Assembly (NCBI GenBank): GCA_030704615.1 | Contig: JAKLZA010000262.1 | Span: 1 to 23,000 of the forward strand | Length of the DNA: 23,000 bases | Direction of reading: 5' to 3' | Origin: Takakia lepidozioides | Taxonomy: Eukaryota; Plantae; Bryophyta | Shown here: positions 1 through 10,018 of the stretch, one piece after another | Layout of the letters: the number at the start of each line of letters is the position of its first letter | How positions within the stretch are numbered: the stretch's first letter is position 1 | Notes under the pieces: generated by a model | What the model was told of the DNA's origin: nothing | Databases searched by the model: none | The model's input: the letters and a program-made list of their open reading frames with translations, nothing else | Translations under genes and position numbers: made by a program

Positions 1-1390
1 TCCTCGGTTCCTCCTGAGTTCCCACATTTACTTCTCTCACCTGCTCATCAGCTGTGATTGTCCAACCAGTCACCACTTCATCCTGTAAGCTCACAGTGGC
101 TGGTTCTTCTAGGATTTCTATTTCTCCTTCTCTTTCTTCATAGAAATGTGATGGGTAAATGCTGGTTTCTTCTTCAGTTGGTGTTGCTGTCACTACACCA
201 CAGCAGATACCTCTCAAACAACTTAGGCTTTCCAGCCGCATCTCTGCAACCTGCTCCCACTCTGGGTGTGCAGCAAATAGGGTAGCTTCCTGCTCCTCAT
301 CCAGTCCTCCCTCCAGTCATACTCTCTGACTCCTCGAGGTCTTCTTGTAGCAGGTAATCTACTAGATTTCTTTGTGGTAATTTGTATCTCGTGCATCCCA
401 TTATGCACAGTTAGTAACTGAGAATTCCAGTCATGGAATACCCTGGCCTGTTTCAGCCACGGACGTCCCAATAATAAGGAGTAAGCCTCCATGACTTCAT
501 CCATTTTTAATACAGTTACTGTGATCATAAAGATCATTTTCTGTATCTGTATCTTAACTCCTCTTATTAATCCCAATGGCTGTACACTTCTTTGATCTGC
601 CATTGTTACTGTAAATGGGGCTGGTTTCATGTTACTTAGACCAAGCTTCTTCCTTAATTGGTCTGTCATGATATTTACTCCAGAACCACCATCTATCAGT
701 ACATCAGTTAGTTCTGTGCTTCCAATTCTCAATTGGATTACTGGCATAGAATCATCAAAGTCCATGACTGGTTCTCGCCCTTCCGGCTTCACATTATAAC
801 TGGTCACCTTGCTGTTCAGGTCTGTGTTTCCTGTCTCTTGGGCAATTCGATTGATTGCCTGATACAGCCTGTGCCTACAATAAGGTGCCACAGCTAATAG
901 CTGTCCAATGGTAATTTCTGCTTTGGTCTGACATATTACTTCAGCCAAAGTCTCTTCATTACTTTGCATGTCTGCATCTTCTTTTTTCCTTTCTTCCTCA
1001 CTCCCCTCTTTTTCTCCATCCGAATCAGAGGAATCTGCCACAGGAATATCAGTACTCTTTTGCATTTCCCTTATAGTATCTGCCACTTCCTTGTGCAGTT
1101 CCTTCTCATCCTTCCAAGTCTCTTCATCTTCAGGCATATCATTGCCACTTCCAGTCTCATCTTCTTCCTCTTCTACTGGAGGTATTAGTTTGGCTTTACT
1201 TCTTGTTACTATCATTGTACTTACTTCTGGTACAACACATGGCCTAACCATGTGAGCTGCCACCACTGGGCCCTCATTCACAGGAGCTCTCATCTCATTC
1301 TGGTGTCTTATCCAGAATGAACAGGCTGCCTTGCGATGTCCTGGCTGATTACAATAGTAACATAGCTCTTCACCATTGGGTCCTCGCCCT
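1..1390 (-). CDS. pol: Gag C-terminus / pol N-terminus: third zinc knuckle, aspartic protease, linker toward RT (frameshift near 300; truncated by window)
   Basis: CYYCNQPGHRKAAC (1321-1362) is in frame with ORF 223..1293. Protease motifs VLIDGGSGVNIM and LLLGRPWL are present. Confidence 0.85.
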
Positions 1391-3263
1391 TGGTCTGTCT
1401 TGGATTATTTCTATAATCTATATCCTGATTCCCGGGCTGGTAATTCCCCCTTGGATTACCCTGATAGTTGCCTCTGGAATTTCCTTGGTAATTCCCTCTT
1501 GAATTACCTCTCCCTTCCATGCCATTGTTATAACCACCAGACCTACCATAGTGGTCCTGATCATTGCTTCTTCTTGGCTGGGGCTGCACCTGATGCACCC
1601 TCACTTGCCTAGGTTCTCTTGCAGCTGTCCTTCTGTTGTAGTAACAATTCTCAGTAGAATGGTTATCCATTTTACAGATAGTACAGTGTTTCTCCTTCAT
1701 GTGGCATTCTGTAGTGGTATGGCCTTCATTCTGGCACTTTGCACACCATACACCCTTCCTCCAATGTGTTGCAGCCTCTGTGGCATACTTCTTCAAGATT
1801 TCTTCCAATCTTTTCTCATAGTTATCCCTCTTCAACTTTTCCTTTCTCTTACTCTTTCTTTTTAGTTCTTGCTCTTCTTCTTCATCTGACTCATCTTCAG
1901 AGTCCTCATCTTCCTTTTTCTCTCTCCTGAGCATTCCCAATTGCTCAATTCTGTTTGCAGTTTCAAATGCCTCCTCCACTGTATTATGGGGTAACATATC
2001 CACTTTCTTCTGCAACTCTGGTCTTAGTCCACTCACAAACCAAGTCTTCTGTAAACCGGGTGCTGGTACTGCAGCCAGCTTTTTCATCATCAATTCCATC
2101 TTCTCCATATACTCTTCAACAGTTTCATGCTTCTTCTGCTTCAGCTGTTGTAAACTTCCATACACTTCATCCTCAGTTTTACTTGTCCTGAACCTATTTC
2201 GAAATGCTGTATTCAAGCCATTCCAGGTTAGGAAATGATTATCAGGGAATCTTGCATACCATTCACTTGCTTTCTTGATAAGTGAACAAGGAAACAGTCT
2301 CATCTTGGCATCATCGCCATTCTCATTGTTCACTATACACATGTGCTCAAATTGGCTAATGTGTACATCGGGATCCCCTTTTCCTGAATATATTGGAAAG
2401 GGTGGTTTTGCCCGTGTTGGTTGTAACGCCATCTGTGGCCCTACCTTCTGCCCACTGACAGGTGCTGGCACCCTTGCTGGTGCTGGTCCTTCTGGACCTG
2501 TTGTTTTTGTGGTGGATCTTCCACCAAGTGGTGGCCCTTGAGCACTCCCTGCTTCTGGCCCCACGATATTCACAGTATTCCCAGCTTCAGTTGCACTACT
2601 TCCCACACTCCCTGTCCCCCCAGAGCCAGATCCAGGCAGCCCGCCTGATCCCCCTGAGCCGACACCTTCGTTGGCCTGTGATCCAAGTGCTCCACTTGAT
2701 CCAGGTCCAACGGGTTGGGATGTCCTGGTTGTAGTCTCAACCTCAGCTGTTGGGTCTACTTCTTCATATTCTTCCTCTTCCAATTTCTTCTCTCTGTTTT
2801 CATCCTCCAAGTTCTGCCCTTGGGTTTCTTCTTCACTCATGTAACTCAACTGTAATGGTGTTGGAGAGTCTGAACTCTCCGTTGGCTCTGCCACATCCTC
2901 ATCTCCTTCTTCATCTTCTGCTTCAGAAACTGGAGTTCCTGCTTTTGGTGTTCCATGCCAACTCTTATCAAAGATTTCTGTCAAGTCTTTTATCCAAGGA
3001 TGTACCTCAGATCTTTCACCTCGTGATTGATCTTCTTCCTGTACCAATTCCCTTAATCTTTCTTGCAAAGAAACAGAAGGAGTGGCATCCAACTCTAGTT
3101 CTTCCGGTATAGGTGATGCACTTTTTGATCTTGATGGTGTGAGAGGTCCAGATGATTCCCCTATGTCTATTCCTCTCTCCCAAAGATATGGATAATTAGC
3201 TTTCAGATAGCTTTCTCTTTTTGATGAATATCTTTGTCGTCTAGCTTCTCTTTCATCACTCAT
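1308..3263 (-). CDS. gag: Retrotransposon Gag (capsid core + CCHC zinc knuckles), frameshifting near 1390 into the protease frame
   Basis: YSGKGDPDVHISQF...LFPCSLIKKASEWY...LKQKKHETVEEY...FVSGL core; knuckles CAKCQNEGHTTTEC and CTICKMDNHSTENC. Confidence 0.9.
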   Translation of the reverse strand: MSDEREARRQRYSSKRESYLKANYPYLWERGIDIGESSGPLTPSRSKSASPIPEELELDATPSVSLQERLRELVQEEDQSRGERSEVHPWIKDLTEIFDKSWHGTPKAGTPVSEAEDEEGDEDVAEPTESSDSPTPLQLSYMSEEETQGQNLEDENREKKLEEEEYEEVDPTAEVETTTRTSQPVGPGSSGALGSQANEGVGSGGSGGLPGSGSGGTGSVGSSATEAGNTVNIVGPEAGSAQGPPLGGRSTTKTTGPEGPAPARVPAPVSGQKVGPQMALQPTRAKPPFPIYSGKGDPDVHISQFEHMCIVNNENGDDAKMRLFPCSLIKKASEWYARFPDNHFLTWNGLNTAFRNRFRTSKTEDEVYGSLQQLKQKKHETVEEYMEKMELMMKKLAAVPAPGLQKTWFVSGLRPELQKKVDMLPHNTVEEAFETANRIEQLGMLRREKKEDEDSEDESDEEEEQELKRKSKRKEKLKRDNYEKRLEEILKKYATEAATHWRKGVWCAKCQNEGHTTTECHMKEKHCTICKMDNHSTENCYYNRRTAAREPRQVRVHQVQPQPRRSNDQDHYGRSGGYNNGMEGRGNSRGNYQGNSRGNYQGNPRGNYQPGNQDIDYRNNPRQTKGEDPMVKSYVTIVISQDIARQPVHSG

Positions 3264-3284
3264 GTCCCATGTCTTTCATTTCTT

Positions 3285-3980
3285 TTAATGTGGCAATAAC
3301 CAAAACTCTCTTCTGTAATATCTCTCGTATATGCCTGGATTTCTTTCAAGCTTCAATGCACCCTTGGCTATACTTGAAGTCTCCGTTACCATATAACCAT
3401 ATGGCAAACAAGTCTGAAAAGCTGTTCTTGGTGTGAGTTTGATCCACAAAATATCCTTTGGAATCCAATTCTTTACCAGTACAAGCTCTTCATGCATATG
3501 AGTATAAACATTCACCTTTCTTTCTTCCCAGCCTTCAAACTCTACTCGTTTAATGGATAGCAACGCTATCACATAAACTAATGTTGGTAACCAACGTGCT
3601 CTTCCTCTACAGGCTACCTGATAAATCTTTATCACTCCTTTCTCCAGACCCCATTCTGGATCAGCATCATGCACTCGTTTAAGAATATTTTCTTTACATC
3701 CGTCTGGCAATTCCAAGAACCTTTGAAAGAATTGTTTGGACAATCTTTCTTCCTTCGTTCCACAGGGAATTTGATTCACTTCAAATTCTTTAATGGTCCA
3801 ACCACCATGATCCCACCAGATGCCTGTCACATCTGGTTGTTCATGTCCCAGGTCCCCAGTATGGTCGCCAAATGTCGCGCGGCTTTTACTCACCCATCCC
3901 TTCGCTATCCGAGGCGGAAACTCCAAGATAGAAGAGTTGGAAATCTCTAAGTACTCAGCCCGCGCAGAACAATCAGTCAT
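3285..3980 (-). CDS. Extra ORF upstream of gag (Ogre ORF1-like position), unknown function; start uncertain
   Basis: 231-aa open frame with globular-looking composition, stopping about 20 nt before the gag ATG; the annotated start lies inside the LTR. Confidence 0.55.
   Translation of the reverse strand: MTDCSARAEYLEISNSSILEFPPRIAKGWVSKSRATFGDHTGDLGHEQPDVTGIWWDHGGWTIKEFEVNQIPCGTKEERLSKQFFQRFLELPDGCKENILKRVHDADPEWGLEKGVIKIYQVACRGRARWLPTLVYVIALLSIKRVEFEGWEERKVNVYTHMHEELVLVKNWIPKDILWIKLTPRTAFQTCLPYGYMVTETSSIAKGALKLERNPGIYERYYRREFWLLPH
3852..3870 (-). promoter_or_regulatory. Primer-binding site, tRNA-Arg-like
   Basis: TGGCGACCATACTGGGGAC on minus, 2 nt after the LTR-terminal CA; resembles the TGGCGACTCCACTGGGGA PBS of Tat/Ogre elements. 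Confidence 0.75.
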
Positions 3981-4489
3981 GACCTACAGCTAGTGTATCA
4001 TGGGGGTGTTTCCTATTTGTTTCCTTTTCCGCATTCATCTTAGCTACCTTACCATTGATAATTAAGTATCAGTTTGCTTCATCAATTTATCGGTTTCCTT
4101 CACTCCTCCATTCAATCCACAGCTTCACTCAGATCTCTCTACACAGTGTGATTGTATCGTATAAGTATCAGATTATGATTTATCAGGTATCAGGCCGAAG
4201 CCATTATGTCTCTAATCTTCTACAATATCACTACAGCTTTGCATATAACAAGCATCTACTAATCCTCTTTTCTCCTTCATCGTGCTCTCCGATCTCCGCT
4301 CCCGCCTGACTCCGAAGTCCTCCCCGAATAATGATCTTCTTCATTCCCCGTTCTTCCCTTTATCCTCCTATCCGCGGTTCTAACCGTTTCCCTCTCTAAC
4401 CGTCGTATGTGAACTAACATGTTCCCTTCACAGGTGTTGTTCCCCACAGTCGTTCCCTGTCCTACTCTTCGTTCCCTATTATCGTGACA
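3873..4489 (-). repeat. 5' LTR (617 bp)
   Basis: Minus strand starts TGTCACG (4489) and ends CGCGACA (3873): TG..CA ends with a 6/7 inverted match, followed by TT and the PBS. The partner LTR is not in the window. Confidence 0.75.
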
Positions 4490-4800
4490 GCTGTGTCAAG
4501 CGGTGACTGGCTGTGTTTGGCTGTGTCGGGCTGTGACTGGCTGTGTGGCTGTGCCGGGCTGTGACTGGCTGTGTGGGCTGTGTCTGCTGTGACGACTGTG
4601 ACGGGCTGTGTGGGCTGTGTGGGCTGTGACGACTGTGACGGGCTGTGTGGGCTGTGACGGCTGTGTGGGCTGTGTGGGCTGTGACGACTGTGACGGGCTG
4701 TGACGGCTGTGTCGGCTGTGTGGGCTGTGTGGGCTGTGACGACTGTGACGGGCTGTGTGGGCTGTGTGCTGGCTGTGACGACTGTGACGGGCTGTGTGGG
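4490..4800. repeat. Low-complexity tandem repeat of GGCTGTG(TG)/GACG(A/G)CTGT units
   Basis: Dozens of ctgtg-core 9-10-bp units; it produces the repetitive ORF 4462..4836. Confidence 0.9.
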
Positions 4801-4927
4801 TTGGTGTAACCCCCTTCTACAGTGCTCTGCTGTCACCCCTAAGTTCCTGTTGTCTCAGTCTGTGCAAAAATTAAGGGTACCCTACAGATCCCGTATAAGT
4901 GTCTAAGTCCCCTACAGTCCTCTAACA

Positions 4928-6900
4928 TCTGCTGGGTGCCTAACCAAGCCATCCTGACTTCGATTCTTAAAGTGCCATGACATTAATTCTAAGATGGATT
5001 TGGCTTTATACATTCGAAGCAGCCTTGGAATGATAGGGAAATGTCGAAGGACCTTACGAGGTACTGGTGTCTCCGTACCCACCACATAACGACGTGCCTG
5101 ACATTTTGGACAAACCTCCAAATTTTGAAGCTCCCTTCTGAACAACACGCAGCCTTTCGGACATGCATGTATACTCTCGTAATAAAGCCCGAGTTCCATT
5201 CCCTACAACAGATCGTGGTATTTATGACTGTATATATGACTATTCTGCAGTCATAAACGGTACATATGACTTCTATGACTGTAAGTCGTGCAAACCAAGT
5301 CAATATAATGAGTACAGGATGGTACGGTCCGGATGACTACAGTCATATGAACCAAGTGATATCTCTCACTGCAGTCATATATACCATACTGCAGCCGCCG
5401 CTGCCGCGCCACGTGACGAGGTGCAATTGATTTAAAAAATAAAATAAAATAAAAAACTAAAAAAATAAAAACATATGTCAAAAGCCGCGTCGCACCGCAT
5501 TGTGCCACGTGGCATAATGCATTTTATAATAATGAAAAAACCACGTGGCAGTCCATCTAGGGTACCACGTGCTATCCCTAGCTCGCCTACTAACCCTAGG
5601 GCCATCTTATCCATTTGATTGTACTTAGAGGAGTTTGAACCTGCAACCTCTTTACTATAAGAGTTATAGTTCACTACATGTTAACCAATACACCCATTAA
5701 TCATTCATATGATCATATGGTGTTTTAATTGTATTATACACACCAAATTACAAAAATCCCCAATAGTTATCATGACTATGTAACCTCATCCATGTACACT
5801 GTAGTCATGGAAATGACTATGAATGGTGAGCTAAATCTGGTCAATTGTTGTTGACCAGCCTTCCGCCCATTTCGGAGCCATGTAGTCATACAGACGACTA
5901 TTTAGATAATCGTTCATATGACTACAGTCGTATGAACGACTGCGGGAGGTCAATTTCATATAAAAACATGGTGCAGTCATGGTCAAAGTCATGAAAACCA
6001 TGACTACCACGGTTTGGCAGTCATAACTACCGCGATCTGTTGTAGTGATTATGAGTTGTTTTGCCTCATCGTGGAACTTTGGCAGGCAATTGTCTGCTAG
6101 CAACAGTTGTCTTCCTAACAATGTAAGGAGTTCATCGACAAAGGTGTTTGACACACCATGGGTTTGACAAGCATTTAACAGCAATAAGGTAGCAGACAAT
6201 CGAGAGGAAGAACTCCCTACATATAAAGCCCTGGATGCCTCGTGATCAAAACGTAAGGCACTCGCTGCACCACGATCACCATCGCTCTTCAGTCCACCAT
6301 CAGTCTGCTCTGGCACTCCATCTGTGTCCCATTGGCCTTGTGTTCCATCTCCCGTTTCCTCATGTGCATCACCAATTTGCACCCCATTATCTATAGTTGC
6401 GAATGTCTCCCGGAGCATTCTAAGCATGTCAAGATTACAATCCAAGGTATCAGGACCACCTGCAGGGCTGGTTTCCGTCCTAAACCCCTCATGTTCGTCT
6501 CCAGAGTTTTCCTGCTTAGTACATATCAGACGCCACATGTCAATCCACCATAAGATGGGGAGTTTTTTCATTTGCAACAGTGGATGTGGAACGTGCCATT
6601 ATACAGCCACGTGGCAATAGGAAAACGGGCATGTACAAAACTCTACACCTTACAACAATATCGCTACCAGGAATTTGAACTGTTTCTTATAATTTCAAAG
6701 TATGCATCTGCAAAGGGAAGAGAGTCCAGAGATATGCACCGGGAGTTCTCGTAAGTTAGGATCTCGCAAGTTCAAAAGCAGATGACGCTTAGCCCGGCCA
6801 ATGGTTTGACAGTTCCCACCATGATAGGCATTGCATGGACATAGAATTTTCCGAAGACCTAGTCTTCTTGCTCGCGCTTCCTCTAGTTTCCACAATCTGC
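4928..6900 (-). pseudogene. CACTA/En-Spm Tnp2-type transposase, N-terminal half, interrupted and truncated
   Basis: ILCPC...RHLLL (transposase-associated domain, 6695-6895); SRLSATLLLLN...NCLPKFHDEAKQLI, then ELGLYYESIHACPKGCVLFR...CPKCQARRY...VLRHFPIIPRL...DGLVRHPAD. Similarity stops at RHPAD (~4928). Confidence 0.9.
5201..6047. mobile_element. Non-autonomous CACTA element (847 bp) nested in the CACTA transposase
   Basis: TIRs CCCTACAACAGATCGTGGTATTTATGACTG (5201-5230) and CACTACAACAGATCGCGGTAGTTATGACTG (rc of 6018-6047), 27/30 identical; ATT TSD at 5198-5200 and 6048-6050; many ATGACT/AGTCAT subterminal repeats. Removing it restores KQLIMELGLYY in frame. Confidence 0.95.
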
Positions 6901-7474
6901 CCGGGTGGATCCTGAAGAAAAGGTGGAATGGCTACATATATGGAATGGAGACCACACTTCACGACCGTAAAATTTTTTCCACCGGGCCTATCAGTGGGCC
7001 AACACTTGATCCTTGGCTGAATAGAAGGACTTTTTGTGGCAGGTACATATACAATCACTATCTCTCAATGCAATTAATTCATTTTGTTGATGACACATTA
7101 ACATAGTTATTTAACTGACTGTATTTTCTAGCAGCTTCGCAAGGATAAACTGCATTGGTCCCGTGTAAAGGCAGGATCAGAGGAAATGACCCAAGAGAAA
7201 ATGGTGAACATTGCTTCATGTTCGGCTTGTGTCCGCCTTTGCAATCGACGGGCAGTAGGAGGGATCATCTTGGCGAGTGAGCGAGACGTGTCAGGAAATG
7301 GAGACCCAAATAGAGTGTCCAGAAGTTACACCAGGGCGCAAGCCTATAGCGAGGGAGGTAGAATGAGCAAAGCGTCAAGCGGAGAACAAGGCATTCTTCG
7401 CACGAATGAAGATCTACGACATTGCAAAGAGGTCCGAACTTCCATTTTTTTCATATCCCCTACCTAGCCCTAGC

Positions 7475-7523
7475 GGGGGCTGCTATTTCATGAGCCATGA
7501 GCATGAGCCATGAGCCATGAGCC
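7475..7523 (+). repeat. Left TIR plus (CATGAGC)n subterminal repeat
   Basis: ctatttcatgagc followed by catgagcatgagccatgagccatgagcc. Confidence 0.8.
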
Positions 7524-7935
7524 AGAGTCGTAAGTGTGGAAAAAAACATGAGCAGCACTATTTTCCGGAAATGAGTGTCCGCGGGAATAGGGTTTAGGGT
7601 GCCACGGTCATAGGGGGAGAAGGACCTCCCGATGAAGGAGGTTCGGCAATGTTATTTAGAATTATATATTGAAAGGCAATGTTTCGCGAATGGTAGGGTG
7701 GTATTGCTCTGTACAATGGGGGCCCATTTCAGCCTACCAGCCATTTGCAAAATTCACCCACACTCCCAATCCCAAACGAAATGAGCAATGACGCATTCTC
7801 GGAACAATGGACACAGAATAGAATAAAAAGAGGGCACAATGAGGTTTTTATTGATCCACATGAATTGCATTTGAAGCACGTCTACTGTGCTGATTGTGCC
7901 CTCAAATCTTGAGCCCTGTGCCTACTGAATACAAG

Positions 7936-8905
7936 TCACGTTGTCAATGGGACTTCGACTGCTCTCAGAACTAGCTCATGAGTCCTGGGGCTCCTCCATG
8001 TAAAGTCGATTGCAGCCGTTGTACCGCCCCTAGTGATGTTCACCACAATGTCCTGCCCTTCAATCATACCACCATCGAATATGGAAATCTTCACGTTTTC
8101 GTCGAGTCCACACCAATGCGAATGTCCCCATACAATGGAGAAGAGGAGCGCACTCCTCGAGGAGAATAGGTCTCTCCGATGGAGTCCCCCACGTCCAGTG
8201 GCAGCAGTTCCACCGCAACAGCATAGCAGTGCGCCTTCTTCTGCATGGGTGACCGTCGTAGCTGGGAAAATCGGAATCGAGGATGCGCAGGAGCCACGGA
8301 CTCCTCAAACCAAGATCGTCACCCCGCTCGAAGGCGTAGTGGCCTACGATATACTCAAAAGCCACCAATGTTTCCACAATCGAACCAGTATCTTCTGTGT
8401 AATCTGTGTACCAGATAACAATGTGTCCCGATGTGGCCGAATACATTGCATAATCGATGCCTCCAAAGGGCAGTCGTCCCGGTTCCGGAAGCACGGCATC
8501 CTTGCAAGGAGGACCTGAGGACGACTTGGATGCCGATGACCTTGCGGACAGCTACGAAGCCCTTAGATTTTGGAAAAGATACGAAGCGGAAGAGCAGTCC
8601 GGCCTCCAAAATGGAGCATCTGGGTCACACGTACCCACCGACGGAGGTGGAACGTGTTCATCACGCCAGCGGTGGATGAAGCCATACATCTTTCTCATCA
8701 ACAAGTTATAGTTTGAGATCTGCCACCGAAGTCCATCCCCCCGGATGGAAATTCGGCGCCGCATTTACATCGAAGAGGGGATGGACTTCGTCGTGTCCAG
8801 TGGCTATCGGCCCACCTGGCAGTGACTGCCCATAGTTTGCATGGCAGGGTAGGAAACTGAAACGGCTACATTCATGCAGCAGCCAATCTTCATCGGTCCA
8901 GGATC
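7936..8905 (-). CDS. Unknown spliced cargo gene (about 300 aa after frameshift repair)
   Basis: A GT-AG intron at 8720-8815 joins ORFs 8804..9031 and 8552..8764 in frame (SHCQ|ISNY). The reading continues via 8060..8494 and 8091..8297 to ...RAVEVPLTT* (7936), with AATAAA on minus near 7850. No family recognised. Confidence 0.45.
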
Positions 8906-9124
8906 CTGTACGGGGAAATTTAAATGTGCCCTGGAGTGTGCCCTGGAATGTACCTCACTTCTGTATGACTGTGTTTCATTGTGTTGAATAACTCTCGGAT
9001 TTGGCCCACTGTTTACAATTTGATGTCTCATTTCTACAATTTGTCTGTCTGGTTGAATAAAGCAGAGTAACCGGTATGTGAGTCATGTGTCAAGAATATA
9101 CCAGAGTAACGCCATGTCGGACAT

Positions 9125-9830
9125 TGAAATGCGGCACCGCATTTCCATGTCCATCGAAATGCGCATTTCCATGTCGGACATCGAAATGCGGCACCGCATT
9201 TCCATGTGGGACAAGAAAATGCGGTGCATCATTTCCGTCCAGGTACACGAAATACCAACACGGGTCTATAAATTGATCAGAAAACGAGGTTGGCATTGCA
9301 AATGCGGCGACGCATTTCCAGCTTGGCAATGGAAACTTCTTTTTGGACAAGGGAATGCGGTGCCGCATTTCCGTCCAACACTTCGAAAAGTGCACCTATT
9401 TCCGACCAGCGCGATGGAATGCGTTACCGCATTTCCGAGAGAGGGTCTGCAAATGACAAATTGCGATGTCCGTTCTGGAAATGCGGCGCCGCATTTCCAT
9501 GTCCGTCATCGACTTTTTTTTTACAATGGAATGCGGTGCCATTTTTGCTGATGGGTCTGCAGTTCGAACAACCACCATCCCCAATATGGAAATGCGGCAC
9601 CGCATTTCCAATCCCGCCATGTCGGCCTCCTTGTTCGACCTCCTTGTTCGACCTCTGTAAGCGTGGTGGCATCCATGCAATGAGCGGGAGAGGCCAAAAC
9701 TGGCGTGTGGACAAAGGAAATTTTGGAAATGCGGCACCGCATTCCCAATTCAGATTACTTTTTACTATGCCAACATTGAAATGGAAAAATTAGTCCCTCC
9801 CCTGTTTTGGAAATGCGGTGCCGCATTTCC
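9125..9830. repeat. Palindrome array A: ~12 copies of GGAAATGCGGYRCCGCATTTCC, irregular spacing
   Basis: Copies near 9126, 9156, 9183, 9216, 9299, 9351, 9416, 9477, 9528, 9588, 9725 and 9809; lies between the ParB-MTase stop and the 5' end of the unknown gene. Confidence 0.95.
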
Positions 9831-10018
9831 AAAAGAGGTTCTTAGAGTTGCCAAAATTTTGGAAATGCCCTGACCCATTTCTGATTTTGGGAGCGTCCTG
9901 GTTTGGGCGATTGTGTGGCTGGAATGCACACTGGAGAGGGGTCACGAATGTCGGGCAGAATTTTCTTTATATACTCTGGAAGAGAATTTACATTTACAGA
10001 GACTTCATTAAAATTCTA

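Larger units (their letters stand above)
1..4489 (-). mobile_element. Ty3/Gypsy LTR retrotransposon, Tat/Ogre-like; 5' part only (RT/RH/INT beyond the left edge)
   Basis: LTR, PBS, extra ORF, gag and aspartic protease in order on the minus strand. The pol frame at the window edge ends VREVNVGTQEEPR, resembling the VNLGT.E.P stretch before RT in Tat-type elements. Confidence 0.9.

Noticed and set aside
4462-4906. ORFs 4462..4836 and 4700..4906
   Set aside because: Translations of the simple tandem repeat.
7588-7599. Telomere-like TAGGGTTTAGGG
   Set aside because: Fewer than two full units; at most a telo-box or chance.
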